A stretch of 64,000 nucleotides of DNA. Source: Octopus vulgaris (taxonomy: Eukaryota). The position numbers and the translations under genes were made by a program. The notes below the pieces were generated by a model, which did no database searches, was not told the DNA's origin, and saw only the letters and a program-made list of their open reading frames with translations. The stretch lies in assembly GCA_951406725.2 (NCBI GenBank), contig OX597827.1:57784001-57848000 (forward strand). Reading direction: 5' to 3'. Numbering within the stretch: the first letter of the stretch is position 1; every line of letters begins with the position of its first letter. Below are positions 25,153 to 37,929 of the stretch, in pieces.

Positions 25153-26615
25153 TTTTTTTTTTTTTTTTTTGTTATGTTCAATGCGCTGATCACACGCTAC
25201 ACACGTTCCTTCCAAGCACTGCTGTAAACACGGAAGTAAGCTAGAATGTTCAAATTTAGTACGCATGCACAGTAGAGTTCAAGGTCAATCTGTGCCAAGC
25301 GGCTTTACGCTGCGTGCTTTAGCTTCGTTACTATGGCAACAGTCCGGATACTTACTGATCAGACCACGTGGTTCATAAACATGAAAGAATCGTCTTAAAT
25401 TTTGGCACAACGCCAGCAATTTTGGCAGAAGTTGTTAGCAGATTACGTCGACCTCAGTGAAGATTTGCAAGACATTCCAAAAAGTCTTCATCTGAGATAC
25501 TTATGTGAATAGATGCAAATAACTGAATGTATGTATCGGCAGTTCAACCAACACGCCAATCCAATCACATATTTACAAACACCGGGAACTCTGTTAACTC
25601 AAAATGCCGTGTCGCTTTATTAGCAACCGACTTGAACACTCATAAGAACTGAAACTAAACTCACATATATACGTAGGTGTCTAATAGGTCTTTGTCCGTA
25701 GTGAGTGAAGCTTTGGTTACATCTTAAGAATGTATCAAGCCAACACACAATTATAAACTTACATTCATACAAACACATACATACATACATACATACATAC
25801 ATACATACATACATACATACAAGCACGCACATACATAGATGCATATATACACAAACATAATGTACTTTGCATACTTTTATCTTATTTTTAAGTGTACAAT
25901 AAAATTCTCAACCGTCATCAATTTAAGGGTTGCATTGCAACTACAAAACGAAACAAAAAAGTTTTATAGGGATCAATTAAAAAGTTCTTTATATAAACCC
26001 ATAACATTTGTATGCCTTCATACATTCAGAAAGACGTTTTACTACTTCATTCTCCAAATATATCTGGTATCTTGTAATATCTCCCATCATATTTTTAATT
26101 GCATACAGTCATTAATGGTGTCTGTCTATCGACCAATGGATTCTCTCACAAATGAAAAGCAAAACAAAAACGCTTTAGAGAACCCACTTGTAATCCTTAA
26201 AAAGAAAACATTTGTATACATTCTGTCTCTCATAGACGTGTTAATACTTCATTGTCTAAATATATCTGGAGCCTAAAGGATAATGATAATAATAATAATA
26301 ATTATATAGTCGACTGCTCCATCACAGGTCACACATTTCCCTACATCAACGGTCTCAGCAAGTGCAATTTTTGTCTTCCAGAGAAGTTTAACATTCTTTG
26401 ACAACCATTTGCATTTTTTTTAACAAAAGACTTGAATTGATAAATTCTTGCAGAGTTTTCGATTGCTGTTTATTAAAAAATTTTCAACTGCCAGAGTTAG
26501 CTCAAAATTTTATTTTCTACATCATGGATATTCAATATCCTAAAATATGGTCCATATTTCAAAAAACATTCATACACTCGTCAATGTTGAGATTTATCTT
26601 GACTATTGAAAAAAA

Positions 26616-26750
26616 CTATTGAAAAGGTTGCAAGACGCAACGAAAATTTTTGGAAAATATAAATAAGAAATAAGTGAAAATTTTACCGGTGTGTGTGTGT
26701 CACATTATAAGGCACAAAAAGAAAATGACTCTCCCCAGACACAACAGAAT
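26616..26750 (+). mobile_element. PLE pLTR-like fragment with U3-A8 hammerhead variant, copy 2
   Basis: CTA-TTGAAAA-G-GTTGC-AAGAC-GCAAC-GAAA-ATTTT-TGG. The body matches 5230-5362. Confidence 0.6.
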
Positions 26751-27111
26751 ATATATGTGTGTGTGTATAACGCAAATGAAAAAACGCAAAAAGGAAATAG
26801 GCAAAAGTTTGGGTATTCGAGTAACCATCCGACAATTCATTGAGACTGAGAAGGAGGATATATATTACAAATTTTCTATTCGAGCGACATTTGAAGGATA
26901 TTACAAACGACAAAGGAATTAATTCCCGTTCTGTTCAACAATTTGTAATAAGCTTTCTTTCTATTTTGGTATTTCAAAATATTTATCTGCTCTTGGCACT
27001 GTTATATATCAATGGCTGGCATTAGGAATTTGAGCTGCGACTTTACGAAAATAGACTCCGTGAATGTCGGTGTGCCTGTGTGTGTGTGTGTGTGTGATTG
27101 TGTGTGTGTGT

Positions 27112-27155
<44 letters not shown>

Positions 27156-27193
27156 AGGCACACGAATAAGTAATAGAAAATCGATGCATACAT

Positions 27194-27224
<31 letters not shown>

Positions 27225-27421
27225 TATATATAAATATACATAAATATAAACATATATTACATATACATATGTATGTATGTCATGCATACGTGTGTGTGTG
27301 TACATATATATATATATGTACACACACACACACACACACACACTCAGTATACGTTATACATTTTTTATTTGTCGTTAGCGCATTCAAAATACATTTTTTT
27401 CATTTTCGTATATATATATGT

Positions 27422-27490
<69 letters not shown>

Positions 27491-27735
27491 TGTGCTTGCG
27501 TGCGTGCGTGAGTACATGAGTGTGTGTGTAATATATATATGTAATGAGAGGATTGATTTAACTCCTATAACGGGATACTGGCATCAACTACTCGAACTTG
27601 ACAGTGGTGATTGTCTTGCTTTCCTAAATCTTTAAACTTCTATTCCACCTTTGACTTCCATCGACTCATTTTCGTCTTCATATTTCTGTCTACTCAACCA
27701 TTACACAGACATACATACATACATGTGTGTGGGTG

Positions 27736-27766
<31 letters not shown>

Positions 27767-28013
27767 AAATGTATCTATATATGTATGTATGTATGCATGT
27801 ATGTATGTATGTGTGTATGTATGTATGTATGTATGTATGTATGTATGTATGTATGTATGTATGTATGTGTGTGTGTATGTATGTATGTATGTAGGTAGGT
27901 AGGTAGGTAGGTAGGTAAGTATACAATGATTAATATGTACTTAACCAGATATATATATATGTATATATATATAAGTATGTATTTATGTATGTATATGTAT
28001 ATGTATGTATATG

Positions 28014-28049
<36 letters not shown>

Positions 28050-28286
28050 TGTATGTATGTATGTATGTATGTGTGTGTGTGTATGTGTGTGTGTGTGTGT
28101 ATGTGTGTGTGTAAATTAATGAATTAATGCATGTATTTATACATTAACTATCCACATCTCTGTATGTGTGCCAGCTTAAATGGCTTTGCATTTATTGATC
28201 TATGTTTTGGCACATGTGTATATATATATATATACCCTGTATATATACATACATACATATATACATACATACATATATACATACAT

Positions 28287-28367
<81 letters not shown>

Positions 28368-29107
28368 CACACATGCATATATACATATATACATATATAC
28401 ACATACATATGCATATGTGTACCTATCCACTGGTTACATTCTGTAGTTCTGGAATGTCTTACATCTTTTCACAGCTGCATTAATGGCTTTTAATTACAAT
28501 TTCTTAATTAGCTGTACTTTAAAATTTTGCGGAACGTAGCTTCTGAAGATTGATGGTGAGCCAAGCCAGTTACTTATGCATCCAAATGCTTCAATAATTG
28601 CAGGTATGGATCTGAAGTAATAGTCTGGTTAGAATATTTATAGATTCCTCATTAATTGGCATAGATATTTTCACTCATCTTTAATAACATGTTAATATTT
28701 AAAGAACCGATTTCCACCCAATGCGCGCAAATTTTTTTCGCGGGTTCAGAGCAGTATGTGTGGTCTACTATGTTTTCAGTTAAACGAAGTCTTGATAGGA
28801 ACATTCCCTTGTATTCTTTCGTATTACGGAAGATCATGTCAACAGGAATCCTCAACCACCGGGAGCGGACCAGTACCACACCGTAGATCATTTCGTGCCG
28901 GGCCTCTCAGAAAAAATTAATTTTTTAATTTCATTTTTATTATATTGACTATCACAGCCTGCAAAGTGGTTTTTTTTTCTTTTTTGTGCATTATATATGT
29001 AACACTATATACTGAATGAGCGAAAACAAGAAAAATCACAGTAAAAGGGGCATTTTTTCCCACAAAGATGTTAGTTTCATGATCGAAAGTAAAAACAAAA
29101 AAAAACG

Positions 29108-29146
29108 GTCTTTGACGTTTCGGATATGCAGTCATTCATCAGAAGA
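29108..29146 (-). ncRNA. Minimal hammerhead motif (canonical core, decayed stem II)
   Basis: Minus strand TCTT-CTGATGA-ATGACTGCATATCC-GAAA-CG-TC-AAAGA. It lies downstream of purine-rich (on +) sequence like that of the 12.6-14 kb PLE. Confidence 0.55.
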
Positions 29147-30414
29147 AAAAAGAGGAAAGAAAAAGAGGAGGGTGGTGGAAATATGGGAAGAAGAGAAAAA
29201 AGTGGGGTTAAGGACCGGGTGAGAATGCAGTTCTAATAGGAGGAGTTAGAAAGAGAAGAAGAGGTGGAGAATTGCGTGCATGTAAAGGAGGGGGGTCAGT
29301 GTAGGGTTATGGATATAGGAAGAATGGTGTGAGCAGTGAGGTGCAGGTGGTTAAAGTGATGGGGAGACGAGAAAGCAGAAAAGGCAGAGAGGAAGGGAAC
29401 GAAAGGCTTACAAAATATATTTAAAAATCACGTGGATTTATATTTAAAAATCACGTGAAAACAGGGAGAGTGGCTACAGGGAGAAAGGTTCATGTCCAGA
29501 GAAGAGGTTGTAAAGTCAATATAATGAAATAGGTAGGAATGTGTTGAAACGCAGAGTAGATTGGAACGCGTGGGTTAAAAGAAAATTATACATAAAGTAC
29601 GAGGCGAGGGTGAGTTGATTGTAAAAAGGATGTAAAAAGGAATACTATAAAAGTTAGTTTACACGGGCTGTGTGAAAGAATTGATGAAATCCAATAGAGA
29701 GGGTAAAGTTTCCAGAAAGTGGAGGTAATCCAATGCTGTAAGACATACAGAAATGGCTTAACGATCGGTTTTACAAAAGCACGTGTTGCGTGGTGGGTGT
29801 TCGGTGATGAAACAGAGATGATAACGGAAGGAAATTGTAACGGAGTAAGAGAGCGAAGTCAGGGGAGATAATAGTGTGTTAGCGTGATTGCGTGCATGTT
29901 TGTGTGTGTGAGTGTGTGCACGTGCGAGATTGTGGCTATGTGCGTGCGTGTATGTCTGTGTGTGTGTGCGTGTATGTGTCTGTGTGCGTGGGCACGTGTT
30001 AAATGTGTGTGCTTGCGTGGTAGTACGTAGGCGTGAGTGCCCTTGCGCATATCCGCCGATAACAACATAAGCGACAATAACTGCAAAAGCGGTGGCGGCG
30101 GCGGCGGCGGCGGCGGCGGCAGTTACACCGATAACGCATTGAGCAGCAGCGGTAGCTACTGCAGCAATAATAACAGCTACAACAGCAGCAACAGCAATGC
30201 GTCCGGCAGTGGCAGCAACAGCAGCCTTGTTAGCGGTAACTGTGAAACCAGCATCGCGTCCATCAGCAACAGCAACAACAACAGTACCACCAGCAGCAGC
30301 ACCAGTGACAGCAGTAGTAACCACAGCAGCAACAGCAGCACCACAAGCAACGGGTCCGGCAGTGACAATAACATCAGCAGCGATAACGACGGTAACAACA
30401 GCAGCTGTAACATT

Positions 30415-30932
30415 GCCAGTACAAGGGCGCAAACCAGGAAATATGTTGGATCTAAAGGCGGCCCATTCAAGCATATCTTAGCAATCACAGGTCCGCCTTT
30501 ATGATACCGGAGAGGCACAACATCACGTTTCTGGTCAGCTATGTTTGGCATTTAAAAGAGGAGCGTATACCATACATAATTAAATGAAGGCTCCTAGAAT
30601 AACCAGGGACGTACCTCAACGGGAGCAAACAATGTAAGCTTTGCTTGCAATAATCTTGAAAAACTCACTTGACTCGGGGACCTTTGTAAACTCCGAAAAA
30701 GAGATGTTTAGCCAGCGCTTCCATCAGAGGAAATTCATGCTGGAAACATGGAATGTTTGCCGATCAGGAAAGTGCTGCCATCTTCAGCGTAACTGAAACC
30801 GATCTAAAGTTTTGTTAGAAGAGCTTCATCCGGGATTTTTTGTTAACAAAATTAACTGATCATGACGTTTTCCTGCCTCCAGTTGTATAGAGGTTACGTG
30901 CCTCCGGTCATTTGGATCTGATGAGTCACCTT
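30415..30932 (+). mobile_element. Degenerate PLE 3' end: GIY-YIG C-terminus plus pLTR with a truncated HHR
   Basis: KYVGSKGGPFKH..., VSYVWHLKEERIPYIIK, YLNGSKQCKLCL and VNSEKEMFSQRFHQRKF, followed by GGTCATTTGGATCTGATGAGTCA, which matches the 3121 HHR. Confidence 0.75.
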
Positions 30933-31157
30933 GTTCTCGTATATATATATATACAAACACACACACACAAGCATATATGTATACGTTATGTGTGTGTATC
31001 TAGCTATCTATCTGTCTGTCTGTCTGTATGCATGTATGTATGTATACGCACACGCACACACACGTGTGTTGTATTCAGATATGTATATGTAGAGAGGGAG
31101 AGAGAGGGGAGAAAGAACATAAAGAGAGTACAGACAGACAGACAAACAAACAAACAA

Positions 31158-31268
<111 letters not shown>

Positions 31269-32369
31269 TATAGATAGATAGATAGAAACCACGTTCGCGC
31301 ATAAATAGATACGGATGCACAACTATGCTTATTTACTTATTAGTTGCTTTCATAATATAGTGAAGCATGCAATATAAAAAGACATTATATCGATTTAAAG
31401 TGAATATTTTTCAACTGCAAATGATAAAAACGCCTGCAAGAATTTCATTTTCCATTCCACTTCGGTAGCTAAATTTAAACTTAATATATTTCAAAAGGGA
31501 TAGAGAGAGAAAAAAAAATTGTTTACCGCTGCTATCAAACTTTGCTTTCGCTTGCAAGTTTTTGAAATTCTGATTCGTTGTTATTCAGTTCTGTGAATTA
31601 ATATCTCTGGAAACCCAAATATAAGTATTCTCTTGCTGTTCTTGAAAAGAAAATTAATTCTATAGATCTCATAATAAGTTTTATAATCTCGAAATACGGG
31701 ACAAGAACACAAAACACACACACACGCACACACACTCCAATCATTTCGAAAACTCATGTATATTAATGCTGGCTACAAGTTCAGCGAAACACACCAATAC
31801 ATCTCTATGTATGGTATTTACCAATGGCAATTGGGGAAAATTCAATTATAATAAAGCCACTGAACTATATGCATTTGATTACGATCAGTGACTTGTCGTA
31901 TGGTTGAGTTTTATAAATTCTTTACTGCCAGTTCTTTTGACTGACGGGTTTTATGTGCTAGCAATTACTACGATTTATTTTCAGAAAGGAATGGTTTCAA
32001 TTCTTCAACGCTCTGTTGAAAAATAAAATTGAAATTGGATTGTTTTTGGTAATTTGTTAGAGAAGTAGTAGCAGTGCCAATCATCTTTATAAGCTTTTCC
32101 GGACTGGTTATATCGATGCGGCTGTTGTTTATTTGGAATGTCTATAGAAGCGTGAGAATTTCTGAAGAACTAAAAAGAAACTATTCGCCGAAGTGTTTAA
32201 AGTGGAATCTGGTTTGAAGGAATCTCAGTAGGGATGGCGAGAGAAAAAGAGACCAGTGCATCAACGTAGACTTAGGTAGATGTGGTATATTTATTGCTAG
32301 GTCAGACTAAGAGTTTTAGTTTGCAGTGAGATAGAAGCAGCTATAATGAAACTGCACATATGTGAATTA

Positions 32370-32884
32370 CCGTAAATCCTCGAGTATAGTCCGCCCTTGA
32401 GTATAATACGCAGGGGACTTTTAGGGGGCTGTACCTCTGAAAAACCTAAACCTTGTGTATAATACGCACCCTTTCTCTAACTTGAGTCATGCATAGTTAA
32501 GCCAGCAGCACCTAGTCGAATAAACACTTCCGCGCATACAATAATGGTGATGTTCTTAACTGCTATATGGGCATGTAAATATGTTTGCAAATTGTTTTTG
32601 TTACATGTTATTCTGTGTTCTGAATACTTTTATTTTAATAAATGTTGCTTACTGCAAGTTATGGATGATTCTTTTATGACGTCATTGCTTTCAGGCTTAG
32701 CTTAAGTTATTTTCGCGCCCGACATCACAAAATGCGTCTGAATAAACATTGCCGGACAGCAGATAGAGACTCGGACATTGCTTAGAAAATATTTTTCATT
32801 TTTAATCTCGTATATAGTACACACAAGGGATTTTGACCTTTAAATTTTGGGGGGAAAATACAGATTATACTCGAGGATTTACGG
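32370..32884. mobile_element. MITE, copy 2
   Basis: Same TIRs as copy 1, with TA on both sides. Confidence 0.9.
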
Positions 32885-33371
32885 TAGTGGATGTAGCAAA
32901 CTGGTAAGTGAATGTTTGCCATCAAGGAAACTGGCTTTTCTGAGCATGTGATCTATGGTGATTGTGTGTAGTTGTGAAATCGTCCCTGCCATATGAGTAG
33001 TGAGTGAGCTGCTGTTAATGATATTTGAACTTCGTAGATCGTCAGTTGGTCAGAGCTGCAGTAGTTTCTGGTTTCAAGAAGATGACTAATATTTTGGGCG
33101 AAGTTAAGGTGAGGAGCTAGCAGAATTGTTACAGCGCTGGGAAAAGATTTTAGCGGCATTTCTTCCAACTTAACGTTCTGAGTTCGAATGCCACTGGGGT
33201 CGACTTTGCCTGTCATCTTTTGAGGTTCTATAAACACCGGGGTCCATGTAATCGACTTACCTCCTCCTCTGAAATTACTGGCCTTGTGGCAAAATTTGAA
33301 ATCAATATCTTGGGTGAAGTTTTGGTAATATTACATATGTAGGGTTCCCATAAGACATTAAGGAAAAATTC

Positions 33372-33913
33372 TTTTTTACTCTAGGCACAAGGCTCGAAAT
33401 TTTTAGGGATAGGCAGTCGATGAAATCGACTCCAGTACGTAACTGGTACTAAATTTATCGACCCCCTAAGGGGCGAAAGGCAAAGTCGATCTCGGCAGAA
33501 TTTGAACTCAGAACGTAAAGACAGACGAAATACCTATTTCTTTACTACCCACAAGGGGCTACACACACAGAAAGGACAAACAAGGACAGACAAACGGATT
33601 AAGTCGATTACATCGACCCCAGTGCGTAACAGGTACTTATTTTATCGACCCCGAAAGGATGAAAAGCAAAGTCGACCTCGGCGGAATTTAAACTCAGAAC
33701 GTAGCGGCAGACGAAATACCTATTTCTTTACTACCCACAAGGGGCTAAACACAGAGGGAACAAACAAGGACAGACAAATGGATTAAGTCGATTACATCGA
33801 CCCCAGTGCGTAACAGGTACTTATTTTATCGACCCCGAAAGGATGAAAAGCAAAGTCGACCTCGGCGGAATTTGAACTCAGAACGTAGCGAACAGACGAA
33901 ATACCGCTAAGCA
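33372..33913 (-). mobile_element. SINE family C head-to-tail multimer (~185-bp period)
   Basis: ACGAAATACC recurs at 33525, 33711 and 33896. Confidence 0.85.
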
Positions 33914-34210
33914 TTCAGTTGCCGTCTCTCGGTGATGCCTACGAGCTTGAAAGCCAGTCAATGACAACCGATATTATTATCATCACAGAAAAATGTAGAT
34001 TCACTTGATTAAGCAGAGAGAAGGAAACGCGCAAGAAACTCAGTCAGCTGGCTGAACCGTTAGGGCTTCCAATGCGTGGGGCTAATTTAGAGGTTCACAA
34101 CGTGGGCGGTACCGCCCCTAAGAGAGTGCTGAGCATGTTGAGAGGGTCTTTAGGAAGCGGTGAGGTAACATAATTACCATACTAAATTTTACCTGTAGTA
34201 GTAATTATAT

Positions 34211-34574
34211 TTAATGTGACAGTCCCATGAAAGGAATCATACTATTGCTATTTAGCCCTAGGAAGCAGCAACGCTCCCTGTCGGCCTTGATACATTTCCT
34301 GTGTCCTTATGTTTTCAAGGGGGAGATAAGCACCTCCACCCAGCTAAGCCTGCATCCAGAGACTAGTTTCTTAGCAGGCCATGCTAATCCAGACTGATGA
34401 CAAGCAAATACTCAGAAACTAGTCTCTGAATGCAGGCTTAGCTGGGTGGAGATGCTTATCTCCCCCTTGTTAACATAAGGACACAGGAAATGTGTCAAAG
34501 CCGACAGGAAGCGTTACTGCTTCCTAGGGCTAAATAGCAGTAGTATGATTCCCTTCATGGGACTGTCACATTAA
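34211..34574 (+). ncRNA. Large fold-back (~160-bp arms) of a PLE pLTR with central hammerhead motif (34390-34428)
   Basis: Arms 34211-34371 and 34414-34574. The HHR reads CAGA-CTGATGA-caAGCaaatACTca-GAAA-CTAG-TC-TCTG. Confidence 0.75.
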
Positions 34575-34665
34575 GTCGACAGTATACAACTACTCTATCG
34601 TACCACTACTGCATAGATCTCTCTGAGATATTTAGAAATGTATTATTTCTATTTTAGTAATTATA

Positions 34666-34784
34666 TTTGTGTGTTTTTGTGTGTTTCTTAAATGGCTTAT
34701 AAACACCTTCCACGCTGCAATTATTTTCGTTCCAGCACACGATCTCAGATCAGGTCACTTGCTATGCAAGTACATCTCAGTAAT
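34666..34784 (+). mobile_element. Fragment of the 41252-41447 pLTR family (no HHR)
   Basis: Reverse complement of 41252-41362. Confidence 0.8.
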
Positions 34785-35135
34785 TATATTATTCTTGATA
34801 AAACTAGTAATAGTTAATAAAATAAAATCTCACCAGACACAGGGAGGTCATTAACTTACAATGTATAAAGTAAATTTACAACTTTTGTTTTTATTCATTT
34901 TTTAATCATTTGACTGTTAAGAGCTTATGCAATCCATTTTTAGAGTAAAATTTATAAATTATCATCCATGTTATGTTAGTTTAGTCGTGATACCTCACTC
35001 ACAACTAAGGTAGGCGCAAAGCGTTAAAACTACTTAGTGGGGTGAGGTGCCACAAAAAAAAAATGTTAAGAAACGTTGGGTTAATTAGTAGCTGGAAAAT
35101 CGACAGTTCATATTTTGTCACTACCGCTGCAATGT

Positions 35136-35342
35136 TTACTCTTATACTTGTTTCAGTCATTTGACTGTGGTCATGCTGGAGCACCGCCTTTATTCGAGCA
35201 AATTGACCCCAAGACTTATTTTTTGTAAGCCTAGTACTTATTCTATCGGTCGCTTTTGCCGAACCGCTAATGTTACGGGGACGTAAAACACACCAACATC
35301 GGTTGTCAAGCGATGTTGGGGTGGCAAACACAGACACACAAA

Positions 35343-35378
<36 letters not shown>

Positions 35379-35578
35379 AACAAACAAACACACACATATA
35401 TATATACATATATACGACGGGTTTCTTTCAGTTTCCGTCTACCAAATCCACTCACAAGGCTTTGGTCGGCCCGAGGCTATAGTAGAAGACACTTGCCCAA
35501 GGTGCCACGCAGTGGGACTGAACCCGGAACCATGTGGTTCATAAGCAAGCTACTTACCACTCAACCACTCCTGCGCCT
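35136..35578 (-). mobile_element. SINE family A
   Basis: Full-length reverse-complement copy. Confidence 0.9.
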
Positions 35579-36232
35579 ATACTGGTAACGAACGATGCAC
35601 GTAACCTAGAATCTGGAGGCTAGAGATACCCAGGTGAAGACGATCGCTTGTTCAAAGTGCGGTAGCCGTAGACAAACCTCTTAACACACTCTCACACGTT
35701 CTGCCTAGCTTTCTCCGTCACTCTCCTCGCCTCGCTTTACCCCCACCCTCCTCACCTCCACCGCCCTCTTCATTCCATAATCACATTTGCCATTTGAACG
35801 TCAACGTGCAAAGAATATGATCAAATAGATCAATCTAAGGGACATAACTCCGATAGGCTTAAGGACCTTTCGATATTAAAAGAAAAACTAAAACCTGCCA
35901 TTTTCAACTCACAGATTTTCTTTTTGATATCTCATGGACTTGCATAACCATTTCGCACGTTTCTGATGTGCGTCTGTGTGTGCGCGTGCGCGCGTGCTCC
36001 AACCTGTTAAATGATTTAGCTAACGATCGTTGTTGGATAATGAAAAGGATATCAATATCGACATTCTTTTATTTGTTTTATTTTACACTGCGATTGATGA
36101 ACTATACCTTCAGTTTCTGCGGAAAATTTTCGGCTTAGTAGATTGTCTTTCCTTTCTATATCTCCTGATAGGGTGGGGTTCGCATTGAACATTGACTGGG
36201 GCATTCGGCTGGATTTCACGAATTCTTATTTA

Positions 36233-36353
<121 letters not shown>

Positions 36354-36409
36354 GTGACAAACAGACAGACAGAGACAGACAGACAGAAGACAGAGACAGA
36401 GAGACAGAC

Positions 36410-36499
<90 letters not shown>

Positions 36500-36547
36500 G
36501 TATGTAGGTAGGTAGGTACGTACGTACGTACGTATGTAGGTAGTATA

Positions 36548-36703
36548 GGCACAGGCGTGGCTGTGTGGTAAGAAGCTTGCTTCCCAACCATATGGTTCCG
36601 AGTACAGTCCCACTGCGTAGCATATTGGGCAAGAGTCTTCTACTATGGCCTCGGGCCGACCATGTGAGTGGATTTGATAGACGGAAACTGGAAGAAGCCC
36701 GTC

Positions 36704-36753
<50 letters not shown>

Positions 36754-36940
36754 GCGTGTGTGTTTCCCCCACCCACCTTCCATTGCTTGACAATAGATGC
36801 TGGTGTGCTTATGACCGTAACTTAGCGGTTCAGCAAAAAAACAATAAAAAAAGTACTAGACTTACAAAGAATAAGTCCTGGGGGCAATTCCTTCGACTAA
36901 CATAGTTTAAGGCGGATAAAACAAGAAAAAGAATAAAAGA
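36548..36940 (+). mobile_element. SINE family A (diverged)
   Basis: Head GGCACAGGCGTGGCTGTGTGGTAAG and the family body. Confidence 0.8.
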
Positions 36941-36946
36941 ATATGT

Positions 36947-36980
<34 letters not shown>

Positions 36981-37037
36981 GTATGTATGTATGTATGTAT
37001 GTATGTATGTATGTATGTATGTATGTATGTATGTATA

Positions 37038-37071
<34 letters not shown>

Positions 37072-37482
37072 CATGAATGTATGTATGTATGTGCGCGCGC
37101 GCGCGTGTTTGTAAGTTTTTATAAAAGAATTCTTAATATAGTGACATAATTTGAAGTAGGATTTTCTAAAATTAAAGATTATAAATTGAATTTTTTAAAT
37201 CCTAATAACAAAAAAAAAAAAAACAGAATGAGATGAACCTTTTGCAAGGAAGTTTTCATATTGTGTTTAATAGCTTTCACTGTTTACAGCTTTTCAAACA
37301 CACGTTTTATGGAGTAATTATATGACTTATCCAAGAATATCCATGATTAAAAGCTGTAAACAGTGAAAACAATTAAACGCCATATAAAAGGTCACTTTCA
37401 AAAGTTACGTGTAATTTTGTTTTAAGATTTTTCTGTGTGATAAATACTTTCTAATTTAAGAAAATCGTTCTTCACATGTGTG

Positions 37483-37532
<50 letters not shown>

Positions 37533-37757
37533 TGTGTGTGTGTGTGTGTGCCATGCACGAAACTCTTGTCTCTTGAGTCACTTTTTGTAAAATTTGCCGA
37601 TTAAAGTGATAAAGTGATAATATATATATACTCTTGTGTTAAGTTCTATATATTCTGTTTGTTCCACCAAACCTATGTATTTGTATGTATGTATGTGTGT
37701 TTGTATGTATTTACGTCTGTATGTATATGTTTTATACAGACGTACATGCATACATGC

Positions 37758-37854
<97 letters not shown>

Positions 37855-37929
37855 GCGTATATATATGTATATATATATATATATGTATATATATGTATAT
37901 ATATATATACATATATACATAGATATACT

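Noticed and set aside
29758-30551. Overlapping Ser/Asn/Gly-, Ala/Thr- and Leu-rich ORFs
   Set aside because: A degenerate (CAG/CAA/GGC)n tract is open in several frames on both strands. Only the distal part is a PLE endonuclease remnant.
33372-33913. CRISPR-like regularly spaced repeats (also 44087-44822)
   Set aside because: Whole units repeat with no unique spacers, there are no cas genes, and the context is eukaryotic.
34497-34574. H/ACA snoRNA-like reading of the hairpin module (ATAGCA hinge, terminal ACA)
   Set aside because: The second hairpin is too short and the ANANNA box is not positionally conserved in the other two families.
37636-37929. N-terminal ~98 aa of the 490-aa ORF
   Set aside because: Microsatellite read-through fused by chance to the 5'-truncated CR1 RT.
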